Source: Antedon mediterranea | Lineage: Eukaryota > Animalia > Echinodermata | Direction: 5' to 3' | Assembly: GCF_964355755.1 (NCBI RefSeq) | Contig: NC_092672.1 | Coordinates: 16,058,001 to 16,122,000, forward strand | DNA length: 64,000 bases | Shown: positions 1 to 12,896 of the stretch, piece after piece | Layout of the letters: each line of letters opens with the position of its first letter | How positions within the stretch are numbered: the first letter of the stretch is position 1 | Program-made: the position numbers and the translations under genes | The notes under the pieces: generated by a model | What the model saw: the letters and a program-made list of their open reading frames with translations, nothing else | What the model was told of the DNA's origin: nothing | Database searches by the model: none

Positions 1-1001
1 TATTTTGGGACCAAAACTACCTACAGTAGTTGGTAAATATTTCTATGGTAATTTTCTTGATCAGTGTTCATGATATGTCTTTTGGCACTTGTTCATTAGA
101 GTGATATCAATATGAGTGTATTTTGATATTAAGCAAAAACAACATTCGCTAGTTATTAAAAATATATGTGTGCTCCACGCAAAAATGTCTGTACCAGCTA
201 TAGGTTAAATCTCAAAATAAGGTGTTTTTTAACATTTTGTGTATTTCTGTTGTATTAGAGCAAATATAAATATATGTTTTGCGATTAATTTGAAACTAAA
301 ATTATAACTTTCTGACTAGTGGTTGCTGAGATATTGATATGGCTATTTTCTTGACCAATGGTCAAAAATAAAGTTTCATGGTCATTTTTAGCAAAAGTTT
401 ATGTATTTTATGAGTATTTTGACACAAACTATGACCATATCCGCCCAACAATTTCTGAGATATGAAAAGTGTGCTCCAAGCCAAACATATTTGTGCCGGC
501 TATAAGTGAAAGGTCAAAATTAGGGGTTTATTGACAGTTTTATAATTTTTATTACATTAGAACAAATATAAACATATACTTTGTGAGTAATTTGAGACCA
601 CAATTATCACTTTCTGACCAGCGGTTGATGAGATATTCATATGGCCAATTTCTTGACCAGTGGTCAGAAAAGGGGTTTCTGTCCACTTTCGGCAAAAGTT
701 TCCCATTAGAGTGAATAGAAATATGGGGAGTTTGGTACAAAAAATATTCCAATACACCAAGTAGTTACCAAGTTACACACAGTTCTAACTTTAACCATAT
801 TGACCTTTTGGCCCCTGTACTGACCAAGCATCCCAATTTTTTTTCGGCCAACAGCAAAAAATTGATTTGTATTGATATAAAGAAGCAAAAAAACATTGTT
901 AACATAGTTTGCTAGAGGGTGCAGGTAAACCCTTCCTGGCTCCCCAACTAGTTGTTGTTCGGAAAGATTTGGGGTTATCAAGTTTAAATTAGAACTGTCG
1001 C

Positions 1002-1843
1002 TAGTCCAGTAAAAATATGGTTGAACCTAGAACAAATTGCTACAGAATTTGTTTTTGTTTTATTTGGTTGATATGGTGAATATGAACATCATATCCAAAG
1101 TTTACCAAAATCGGACATTGGGAAGTGGGTTAATTAGCATAAATTCAAAATGGCCGCCATTTGCTATTTTAAAGCCCCATATCTCCTTAACGGTTGGATT
1201 TAGACCACCTAAGTGCATTACGAGTAGATATAAATGTGATATTAAACATTCTAATTAGCATATTTAAATTTCCATATGACCTACCTATGACGTCACATGG
1301 TAGTTGTGACGTCATAAATTATGTTATAAATGCTTAAATGACATTATACTATGCGAACAATTTAGAAACTGCAGAAAAACAAGTTGTGGTAAATGTTCTA
1401 CTATTTTCATGAGATTAAAAACATTTTTTTCCTTTCGGTTTCTATATTTTCTCCTTAGAATAATGCCAATTGAGCATTATTGTGACAAAATACATGACGT
1501 CATACAGTATGTCTTATAACATCATAGGTACGTTACATGGCAATTTAAATATGCTAATTATAAAGTTTAATATCACATTTATATCTACTCGCAATGCACT
1601 TAGGTGGTCTAAAACCAAGCGTTAAGGAGATATGGAGCTTCAATATGGTATGATAAATAGCGGCCATTTTGAATGTATGCTAATTAACCCACTTCCTGAC
1701 GTCCGATTTTGGTAAACTTTGGAAATAATGTTCATTTCAACAAGGAGAATGTCAAGAAACATGAACTATATTTACGAGACAAAACAAAACAAAATTCTGT
1801 TGCAATTTGTTCAGGTTCACCCTATTTTATCTTTACTGGACTA
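1002..1843. mobile_element. Foldback MITE with TAG...CTA termini (Academ-like)
   Basis: TAGTCCAGTAAA...TTTACTGGACTA; imperfect inverted arms about 1002-1330 vs 1490-1843; no clear TSD. Confidence 0.65.
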
Positions 1844-4800
1844 ACAGGTCTCATCATTTCCGCATTGGCCGCAATCAGTCGATTATCATAGTTGTTCACC
1901 AGGTATTTGTAAAGATCGATAGAATTTTATCTTTGATGGTCAAGGAAGTTTTACTATTGGTAGGTATAATGAGTACCAATGGCAGTTTGCATACTGAACT
2001 CACAAACCAATCAGCCAAGTAGATGCATTGTTGGGATAACTGGTCACTTAATGTAGCATTTTTTAAATCTATTATTTGCCTTAACATATATATAACGCAC
2101 AACTCCTTGATTTAATTCACAATTGTTGTTGTGAGGCAGTGGACAGTTTGACACAGAAATTAGGTTTGTCCCCCTGGTTTTATCGAGTAGCTGTCTGCAC
2201 CGTATATTTGGTAGCGCACATGCCTTTGTGATTGTGATTTGGAATTTGGAAATTCCCATGCCTTTGTATTAACGGGCTAATCTAATTTGGATAGGCTTAT
2301 TATTACGAACAGTTCAATTGAATTGCTAATGAGGCCCACTAGAGAATAATTTCCATACTTTAATGTGTGTATACATAAATGCAGGGACTACTTTATTGTC
2401 ACGGTGATGTGCTACATGTCTTACATAATTTACTGGTTTGGTTTACCAGGCATGCACTATTTGTTTTTTTGTATCAGACATTCTAAGGAAACTGTCTCAG
2501 TTTACAGCTGACATTAACATCAGCAACAATGAGTATCTTTTCACTCATTAATTGGTGTTGGATTCAAAGGACAGTCTTCACTGTGGTACATGGTAGCCAC
2601 AATTTGAGAGTAAGAGGAGCAACTACATTTAACATAAAAAAAATGTTAGAAAGATACATATTTACATTAATTCTAACAAAAAATTTAGTTAAAAGATGAC
2701 CAGAGATACTATTAATTAATAATGTTTCAAACACAAAAACATATCTCGACAACTTATCCTTAGACAGTAACATTATGCAATAACTGATACTTGTTTCAAT
2801 TTAAAGTATCAGTTCCTGCTGTTCCAGAGGACGATCAAACATTTTGACAGAAATGTTGAGCTCAACCGTTCTATTCAGAATGTTGAAGTAACTTACAATA
2901 TTTATCCGAATCAACGCCCCGGGCACTTGTTCAGAAGGCTTTTTTTAGGTTGTTAGTTTATTCCCGGGGAGGCGTTTTATTTTTGGAGTGTAATATGGTA
3001 ACATGTATAATCAAATAAATACCACCTAGATATTAAAAAAAATACAGCACAATTACTTTAAATGATTTGTTTTCTTCTTTATGCATTTGTAATGAAATGT
3101 TTCGGTCTTTTACAATAAAAGTGACACTGTCATAGGTTCCATTAATTGGAACTTCTCCAGGTGCAAGTTTAATGATATAAAACAATGACACATCATTATC
3201 CTGAGACACTACATGAGACACGATTACACCATCGTTCATATGGATCTTCAATCTACAATTTGTCAATAATCAATACTGTATTTTGCATATTTTTGAATGT
3301 CAATAGTTTCATTACTATTGTACAATATGCCCAGCTTTCCTGAAAACACCCTTGTGTACGTTAGTGTAAATTTATCATGATCTATAACATGATTTTACAA
3401 TACACTTCTGATGCTTTTGTTGTCAATGCCTTCAGTACCTAAAACATGTCAAAGTTTCTAGTACAAAATGAGGTCCAGAAAATTTGACTTCAGAAATTGG
3501 TTTAGGGCGGTCAAACAATCAATTTTGGTTTGGTTACATATTTTGAAAATGTGGCAAAAGGTCAGGGTGAATGGTTATAAGACCAAACACCAATAGGTCC
3601 TTAAATCTCGACAAACACTGGCCACAGCAAGATCTCAAATTGATCAGAAGCTATACATTTTATATTCAGTCCAATGGGACATTTTAGTCAAAATGACCTT
3701 TGACCCACATACCAGGGCATCTTTACATCTCTGTAAGTACTGGTCATACAAACTTAAATTTGGTATCAAATTGTTAGAAATATACATATTTACATTCATT
3801 CTAATATAAAATTTGGTTACAGGATGACTAGAAATACTATTAGTTACTAACATGATTGTTTCAAACAAAAGACATATCTCTACACAACTTATCCTTGGAC
3901 AGTAATGTTATGCAATAACTTATGCTTTAAATTGTTTCATTATAGGATTTAAAACAAATCCTTTACTGTTTGTAATTGTATTTTCCCGTATAATAATGCT
4001 AGAAATTATTGTTGACCCCCGGGGATGATCAAACTTTTTGATAGAAATGTCAAGCTCAACAGTTCTTTTCAGAAGTAACATACTGAATTCATCCTAATAA
4101 ACACCCCAAACATTTATTGTTCAGAAGGGTTTTTAGGGGAGCGTTTATTTTTTTTGTGTAATATTATAACATGTTTAATCAAATAAATACTACCTAGATA
4201 CAAAAAAAAAATTCAGCACAATTAATATCAAAAAGTGAAGCTTAGTAAATTGTAGATTATAGTCATTGAAATGTGTCGTGATACAATTATTGTGTAAATG
4301 CATGTGGCGGGGCATTTAAATTATTCGAGGGAGGCTTTTATTTAAAGCTTTATTAAAAGCAGGTGTTTATCATGAGACACTATGAGACACGATACTACTA
4401 CTCTTATTTATTTCTTTTCCGAGATTGTGGGAAACCCTCCCAATTGAAGTGACTCATTTATGCCTTATTTTATGTCATTTGCTGTTAACTTGTCGATTTA
4501 TCTGCACCATAAGGAGAGTACTCGACTTCGTCACTTTTCTACAATCCGCCAGACTGGTGTCAGTTTTTTTAGTGTTTGTATTTTTGATTGTATTATATGT
4601 CTTCTGGAAAATAATTGAATTGAATTACACCATTGTTCATATGGATCTTCATTCTATCATCTGTTTGTTTGTGACTACAATTTGTCAACAATCAACACTG
4701 TCTTCTATATATTTTTGAATGCCAATGCATAGTTGCATTACTATTGTACAGTATGTCCAGCTTTTCTGAAAACACCCTTGTGTACTGTAGTGTGTGTGAA

Positions 4801-5160
4801 AATGAATTGGTCTATTATAGTTGTCTCCGATACCTTTTCAATATCATGATTGCATTTGCACCCGAAAAGAAGGAGGTTTAATCCAGTTATTCTTATTATG
4901 ATATTAATTTTGTTGTATTTTTTTTTATATCTAGCGTGTATTTAATTGATTATACATGTTACAATATTACACCCAAAAAAAATAAATGCCTCCACCGAAT
5001 AAACACCCCAGCACCTAAAAAACCCTCTCAAAAATAAATGCCTGGGGCGTTTATTTGGATAAATACAGGGGTCAACAATATTTTCTAGCATTATTATAAG
5101 CAAAAGTAAAATTACAAACAGTAAAGGATATGTTGTAATTCCTATAATGAAACCATTTAA

Positions 5161-8100
5161 GAGCCATTGTCTGTAAGAATCAAAGAAATATCAAAAAGAG
5201 TGGCAGACTCAAAAAAATGGATTTCTTTCAAATTTTGCACATGGCTATATATGTGTTGAGAGAAATCAAATATGAAGTATTTTTTATTTCCCACGTATAT
5301 TTCCATGGCAACGGCCAAATTTGTGTTTTTGACAAATTTTGTCCTTTTTTAAGGTTTTTTAAAATGGATATTGGTACTACTTTGATGAACGATATTTTTG
5401 GGTTGTTCATTTAATTATAAAAAATAATTAGTGTATGCATAATAACAATGCATTGTGTACCTGTTTCAAATTTTTTTATTTTTTTAAATTTCATATCTTG
5501 GGAGATACCATTTATTTAAAAAGGGGTGTTTTTCACTTTTTTTAAATTGTTCAATGCAACTAAACTTTACTTCACCATAACGCCCAAAGTGGTGAATTTT
5601 TTTAGCTGATTTTTTACAAATAGGTAGTTCTAATGTTTAATAATTGATTTCTAAAATAAAATACTGGGGTAAATTTAAAATCTATAAGCAGTGTTGCGAG
5701 AAACATAGGCATTTTTATAAAAAAAAAACATGGTATATTAGTAAAAACATTTTATTTTCTTTGATTATTTGATTTGAAACTCATTGGTCAGAAAAATTCT
5801 TAATGTTTTATATAGTTCTAGTTGTGTTGTGAGAAAAAAAATTAATTTTTAATTATAGATTCTGTAATTCCAAGTTTTAATGTCATTTTATAGGTTATAT
5901 CCTCTGGAAATTAGAATAAATTATCAGATCGTTGTGAATTTTAATCTTTGCAACAGATTACTCCTCTTTTATTTTGAAGCTCCTCTTTCATTTGTTTACT
6001 TCTTTTATATGCTAACCTAAGCAGATCCCACATGCCCATCCACCACCACTTTCGACTACCACCTCCTCCCCCCCCCACCCCGACTATAACCACAAAAAGA
6101 TAAACTGCAACACTTTGGTCGATCATCCACTATAGAGTGTCAAATGCATGCATTCAAGCACCACCCACACTGCCGCTACTATCGCCCCAATGAATAGACG
6201 GATTCAAACTCCTCCATCCCATCCCCTGTTTGTTCTTCCTATCTAATTAGTGCATTTGGTGCTTACCGTAAGCAGCTGCGGGCACCTTTTTATACTAAAA
6301 ATGAGATTTTTTGTAAGCGGCCAATCGAAAAATGCGATATTTATTGCATGGACCTATGAATTAGAGGTGCATGTTTATTGTATTTCTTTATATATTAGCT
6401 TTATTTTGAAGAGGTTTTAAAAACATTACTGTGAAGAGATGAGAAAACTACACAGATTTTGACCGACCATTTTTCATATGATAAAAGTTTTTAAAATTTG
6501 TCTGAAAATGCTAAAAATTACTAAACCACCTGATAATAATAATAGGCCTACAATTAGCTGGAAAATTGAGAGGCTCGTTTCGTTAAGAATATCGTATATA
6601 GCCATAATAAGTGATTTTGGCCCTTTAACGGCAGAACCTCCCGTAAGGGGTCACCGCCCGTAAGCGGCCACTTTTCCAGGTCCCGAGGGTGGCCACTTAT
6701 GGGAGGTTCAACTGTATTTAAAAAAACAATTATCCTTAGTTATGCATAGAAACAGGTTCTAAGATAACATAAATAATACATTTTGACATAACTTGACCCA
6801 ACAAATGACCCTTTCACAAGGTCAGACATTTTCTGGGATTCAGTAGATAAGTAAATTTGGGAAAAGGTAGTAAAACTATGTAATCAATTGTTTGTAGTCA
6901 TGAAACCCATATTAAAAATATTGTACTTAGTTACGTATAGAAACAGTTGCTACAATACACTATAGGTAAAATGTTGATGTCATTTGATCTCAATAAGTAA
7001 ACAATTTTTTTTTGTCATGAAACTCCATATTTAATTTTTTTTTTTAAATATCATTTGTTACGTAAACAGGTTTAAGATAACACTAAAGGTAATTTTTTTT
7101 ACCTTTATTCAGATTCGTCAAGACTTTCTTTCTGAGATTATTAGGATTCAGTATTTAAAGTAAATTTGGCAAAAAGTAGAAATGTAAAACTATGTAGAAA
7201 AAATGTTTTGTATTTATGAAAAACCCCTTATTTTTTTTGAAATTTTTGCATACAATAAACAGTTACTATGGTAAAATGTTGACCTCAAAATGAATGAATT
7301 TACAAGGTCAAGTTTGTCATTAATGGAATGCAGTAGAAGTAAAATTGAGAAAAATTACAAATGCAATCAATTCTTTGTATTTATAAAAACGGCATTTTTA
7401 ACGTTTTTTTTTAAATTACTTTCCTTAATTACACATAGAAATGGTTGCTAAGGTAACACTATAGGTAAAATATGAAAATTGTTGAGAATTGTTATGAACT
7501 ATCTTGTAAATTTTGATCAAACATTAATAGTTGTAGTAAAGTGGGGACCTGTCCTGTTTTGCATTCTGACCCCTTTTGACCTCAAATGACCTATTTACAA
7601 GGTCAGATTTGTTGGGAGGTCTTTCTGTATCTCTTTACACAAAATAGATCTAAAAATTTATAAAAACCATTGACGCAATTATTTCCAAGTTTAACATTAT
7701 TTTCCATCAACTACATATTTCAATGCAAAATACTGTTTTTCTGGCAATTAATTGAAATAAACCTGGCAACACATTCTCCTATTTTATCTAAACTATTCGT
7801 ATGACTCTAGTAGCATTATGACAAGCCACATATACATGTTATTATTGGATTAGCCATATTTAAATTGTGTTTCATGTGTTTTGTTTGTTGATATTTTGTT
7901 ATATTTTATGTATTTTTTGTATTTTCCTGGCAACACAAAACCTATGTACAAAATTTACCCCAGTATTTTTTTCGTGATTATTGTTGACAAACCTATTGAC
8001 TATCAAATTAAAAAACCTCATTGATTTAAAAACACCACTTTGGAAGTTATAGGTACGTTTATGAGGTATACTTTTATAAAAAAAATATTTTTTAAAAACA

Positions 8101-8458
8101 CCCCTTTTTAAAATAATGGTATCAACCAAACTCCATTTTGTAATTTATTTTTTTTCTACATTAAATGGAACTCAATACATGTTGTTTACACTGCTATAAA
8201 CAAAAACTGTATACTGTAAGTATTTTTGGTTAAAATAAGTATACAAGTTTGTACTTTTTCACTATAGAAAATCTGTGAAAAATGGCAAAAACATCAAAAT
8301 TTGGATAATTGACCGTTGTCATGGAAACGGAGGCTAAAAATTAAAATGAATGTTGTAGATATGCTTTTTATTGAAATGTCTATTCATGGTAACAATTTGA
8401 GAGAAATCCATTTTTTTACATCTGCCACCAAATCTTTGATTTTTACAGACAATGGCTC
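5161..8458. mobile_element. Non-autonomous Sola3-like DNA transposon
   Basis: TTAA TSD (5157-5160, 8459-8462); termini GAGCCATTGTCTGTAA...TTACAGACAATGGCTC; imperfect TIRs of several hundred bp; removal restores the host-repeat sequence seen inverted near 3912-3946. Confidence 0.8.
6260..6714. mobile_element. Tc1/pogo-type MITE fragment (one end only)
   Basis: Ends GGGAGGTTCAACTG followed by TA; repeated taagcggcca motifs; opposite TIR not found, left boundary approximate. Confidence 0.5.
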
Positions 8459-9388
8459 TTAAAGCATCAGTTATTGCATAACATTTATACTGTTTATGTC
8501 TAAGAATAAGTTGTATAGATAAATGTTTTTTTGTTTGAAACATTAGTAATTAAGAGTATTTCTGATCATCTTTTATGTTTCAAATTTTCTGTTAATGAAT
8601 GTAAATATGTAAATTTCTAACAATTTGATACCAAATTTAAGTTTCTACGACCATTACTTACATAGATATAAAGATGCCCTGGTATGTGGGTCAAAGGTCA
8701 CAAATGGTATTTCTGATCATTTTTGACTAAAATGTCCCATTAGACTGAATATATGAAGGCATGCCTTCTGAACATTTTAGAATTAAAATTGACTTGCTGC
8801 GACCAGTGGTTGCTGAGATACAAGTACCTATTTGTTTTTGTTTATATAACCCTTTGACCTTTTGTAACATTTTTCAAAATGTGCAACAAATAACAAAATG
8901 TTTATTTCTAACAATTTAAGACCTAATTCAAGTGTCTACGACCAGTAGTTACGGAGATACGTACATGCTATGGGTTGTGGGTCAAAGGTCAGAAATGGCT
9001 TTTCCGGTCATTTTTGACTAAAATGTCTCATTAGACTGATATGAATATAATAATATAAATGTATACCTTCTGACCAATGTGAAACTAAATTTATATTTAT
9101 AGATTTAAGGACCTATTGGTGTTTGTTCTTATAACCTTTCACCCTGAAGTTTTCACCTTTCGCCACATTTTTAAAATGTGTAACCAAGCAAAAAATGATT
9201 GTTTGACCATCCTAAATCAATTTCTGAAGTCAAATTCTCTGGACCTCAAAGTGCATACGAAATCTAGCTACTAGAGTATAGTGGTATTATTGATAATAAA
9301 TAAAATATTGTTTTGTTTTATTATCCACACTGGTACCAGAGGTGTATCTATATACAGTAGAACCTGTGTTTTACCAGGGAAGAGTTAA

Positions 9389-10014
9389 AGCCCCATTCCC
9401 TACGTTTTTTAGATCTAATTTAAGATCACAAACTATATTTAATGTAAAAATAATACTATATGGTCTTATTGCGATAACTTTTTTCGTCTTTAAACGGTTA
9501 AAAATGTGAAAAATAAGTCGATTCTAATAATTATAGCGGCCCGCTATAAATCCCAAAATGCATTGCGCGCGGATGGATATTTTTGTTTTTCACCTGTAAT
9601 TCGCCCACTTTTCGATCGATCGTGAGGCCAAAACAAATGGAAGACTCCTAACTTTTCAGCGAAAATACCGGGTTTTCCCCAATTTGTATCAACGGAGTCT
9701 GGCAAAAATAGAAAGACAATTAATGCAGCAACTATACAACGTCAGGCTAGGTATATAGGTAGCGTACGATGTTCGTACGTTACCGATGTTTACCAGCTAG
9801 GCCTACAAAACTAAGCCTAGCTAGGCTAGGCCTAAGACCGTCCACGAGAGGTCGATCGCCGCGAGCTACTTAGGTAGTGCATTGTTTCTCACTTTTTATC
9901 ATAATTTACCATAAAACGTACATTTAAGACAAGGAATGACATGGTTTAATGTTTTTAAAGTGATATATATGTATTATTTTCCAAAAAACGTCCACAATTG
10001 CAGGGAAGGGGTCT
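9389..10014 (+). mobile_element. Non-autonomous Kolobok-type element, copy 1
   Basis: TTAA TSD, AG...CT termini, short imperfect TIR AGCCCCATTCCCT / AGGGAAGGGGTCT; near-identical inverted copy at 39462-40077. Confidence 0.85.
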
Positions 10015-10352
10015 TTAAATAATTTAACTCTTCCCTGGTTTTACGTACCCTGATTTTACGTTCCCTCGATTTTACGTACGCTTAAAATAACTGATGACGT
10101 CATCATTTTCTTACATTGAGGGCGCAATTTAACAACAACAAAGCACACAAAGCCACAATCATCATGGCTGTGTGAGGAATTCTGCTGTTTGTGGGACAAG
10201 CTAGCTACGCACGTGCATTCCCACTAAAGCAGCGACTGTTTTTATTGATAGAAAACAATTATATTTTACACTTTATTTAAACATCGTACAGCCTGTATAT
10301 ACTGTACTTTTCTAGTTAGGTCTCACATCTTGCTAGGCCTGCTAGCCTGGCC

Positions 10353-11578
10353 GCGATTTTTTTTTTCGTACATAAGTTGGGGACCCCCTCATGAAACGTC
10401 ACAAAATAAACATGAATAATTCATCAGTTAAATTTTCTTGTTCCGTGTGCACCCAAGCGTATAGCAACAAGAAGTGATTACACAAGTGCGGTACGATTCT
10501 AGGCCTATCTCCGCTGTTGAAGAATAGCGGCGTTTTGTGTGGATTGTCGAAATAATCGGCCTTTAGTTTATGGTGTTTTTAATAAAATTTATTACTAAAG
10601 AATTACGTGTTAAAATTATAGTTTCTATTAATACTATTAGGCCTAATTATTAGTCTCTAAACCCATGTCTATTCTAGGAGTAGCTGTGTGGATGTGTGTG
10701 ACGTGTGTGTGTGTTAGGTATGACCAAAGATAGTTACACTATCTTTGGTAATAGTTACACTATCTTTGGTATGACACAATCCGAGTAATAAGTCAGCAAA
10801 ATTAAACAATAAACATTACACAAAAATACATTTTTCATTCTCGTGGGTCAAATCTTCCCATCTCATGTGTTCATATACGCGCATTTTTAAAGTTCCTTTG
10901 AGTACATTGCATATTGTTTGATAATTGATAGCAGAATTTAAAAAATACAGTACACAAATTATACACATTCTTTATTCTTGTGGGTCTAAGCTTTCTTTGG
11001 GCTATGTCCAAGAACGCTTGGGTGCACACGGAACAACAACTGCGATACGATTCTTTCTACAATAATAGGCCTAGGATTATAGGTCAATTCACGTGATTGC
11101 CTTCGCGCACTCTTCTTCACACACACGTCCACTATGCAAAATGTGTCGAGGCTAATCGACAGCTAGGCAAAACATTAAATTGGACATAGCCCAAAGACAC
11201 AAGTCACACACACCCACACAGCTACTACTAGAATATACAGGGGTTTAGATTAGAGACTAGTAATTAGGCCTAATAGTATCAATAGAAACTATAATTTTAA
11301 CACGTAATTCTTTAGTAATAAACTATATTAAAAACACCATAAACTAAAGGCTGATTATTTCGACAATCCACACAAAACTCCGCTATTCTATTATGAAATC
11401 GCACGCGGCAACCACAGCGGAGATAGGCCTAGAATCGTACCGCACTTGTGTAATCACTTCTTGTTGCTATACGCTTGGGTGCACACGAGACAAGAAAATT
11501 TAACTGATGAATTATTCATGTTTATTTTGTGACGTTTCATGATGGGGTCCCCAACTTATGTACGAAAACAAAAATCGC
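10353..11578. mobile_element. Non-autonomous Mutator/foldback-type element
   Basis: 9-bp TSD AGCCTGGCC (10344-10352, 11579-11587); G...C termini; about 350-bp TIRs starting GCGATTTT. Confidence 0.85.
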
Positions 11579-11780
11579 AGCCTGGCCTGAATAGTCTAGA
11601 CAAGGCCTCTAGGTCTAGCTAGTGACCACCTGCATACTGTGTACAGAAGTAGGCAAATACGGCTAGCTACGATCTCTACGTATTTGGGGTCAATTTAAGG
11701 TCAACCTTGATTTTACGAATCCCTTGTTTTACGTACGCCTTTCGGTCCCGTACCGTACGTAAAATGGAGGTTCTACTGTA

Positions 11781-12315
11781 TACAAATTATGGTTAATTCT
11801 GACCATCTGACATAGACAAGCACAATGAAAAAACTTCGAAACAAATCTCTGCCTTGGATACCTACCTGATCTATTACCACAAAACGTAAATTTGATTTTC
11901 ACTATTACGATATTGTTCCATATTTCTATCTTAGGAAGATATTATAAAGGGTTTTGAAACAAAATTTTTGATTTCATAGGGTAGATTTTCAACTGTGCAT
12001 GGTAAAAGTAATTTCTGGGTTCACTGTGAGTCCACAGGTTCACCTAGCAACTTCCTGGTTTCAACTAAGTTGGGCGTTGGTGGCGATAGCCATTTTAATT
12101 TTTTGTTTATTTTCGGACCGTGCGTGTGAAGGTGCAGTAGCAGAATAAAAATTAATAAAGGTCAAATTAAATATACGCCACAAAGCATCAGAAGAGTATA
12201 TTGTGGGGAATAGTATATAAACTTAAATAGGAAGAACTGGTGATAAGACCTTTTGTTTGAAATCGAGTGAAATCCCGATAGCCAAGTTATTGAGTAAGCT
12301 GGCAAGAATAACTTG
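11781..12315 (+). repeat. Interspersed repeat shared with about 39020-39320 and 40082-40340
   Basis: Colinear similarity (aaattatggttaattctgac ... gagtaagctggca.gaataact). Confidence 0.75.
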
Positions 12316-12728
12316 TCACAACAAATATGGTCCAGGGCAAGAAAAAAAAAACGGAAATAAAATAACGTTTTCACTTATAAAATGACAAAATAAATGGTTA
12401 AATTTACCCAAAAACCCAATTTGACCATTTTTGCTTTAAGTTACATTTTTTTTTTAGGTAAATACATTTATTTTCAATCCAATTTTTGGTCAAAGTGGAT
12501 AACTATTATGTTACATTAAAATGGCATATTCAACAACATTTTTCGGAATTATTTTTTCAGGGGGACAATACATCTTTAAATGTATTTTGTACTGTATATT
12601 GATAAATAATTTTATGTAAGTTAAGTTCTTCTGGTGCCCCCAGACATATCATGTTGCTTTTTTCCCCCCAGAACTTGATGTCAAATAAATAAAAACAATA
12701 AATCGACTTATAATAGTACTAGAATTAC

Positions 12729-12896
12729 CATTGAAAAATTTTATGATATCAGTGAAGTCCATGTTGTTGTCTAGTATAATCTCTCGGTATATTTTTACAA
12801 GCGCCAGAGCAATGAACAATACAAATTGGTTGGATGATACAGCTCTTCCAGCCCAAATTGTCTCCCATGTACTGAATGTATCATCGTAAACTAGCT
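12729..12896 (-). CDS. SGSM: SGSM probable penultimate coding exon
   Basis: [56 protein letters not shown]; ttgcag / GTAATT; 168 bp; the expected final EMAERH... exon was not found in the window. Confidence 0.95.

Larger units (their letters stand above)
2600..9278. mobile_element. Fragmented copies of the long-TIR foldback family seen intact at 48838-53451
   Basis: Right terminus ...CTAGCTACTAGAGTA at 9278; left arm restarts near 3470 (tgaggtccagaaaatttgacttcagaaa); interrupted by the Sola3-like element. Confidence 0.75.
9355..11778. mobile_element. Tc1/pogo (Tigger-like) MITE hosting nested insertions
   Basis: TA|CAGTAGAACCT...AGGTTCTACTG|TA; subterminal ttttacg repeats at both ends. Confidence 0.85.

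Noticed and set aside
1850-2400. Possible decayed LINE endonuclease remnant on the minus strand
   Set aside because: Only vague motif resemblance; not enough to call.
5941-6126. ORF as the missing last SGSM exon
   Set aside because: No similarity to the SGSM C-terminus; it lies inside the Sola3-like element.
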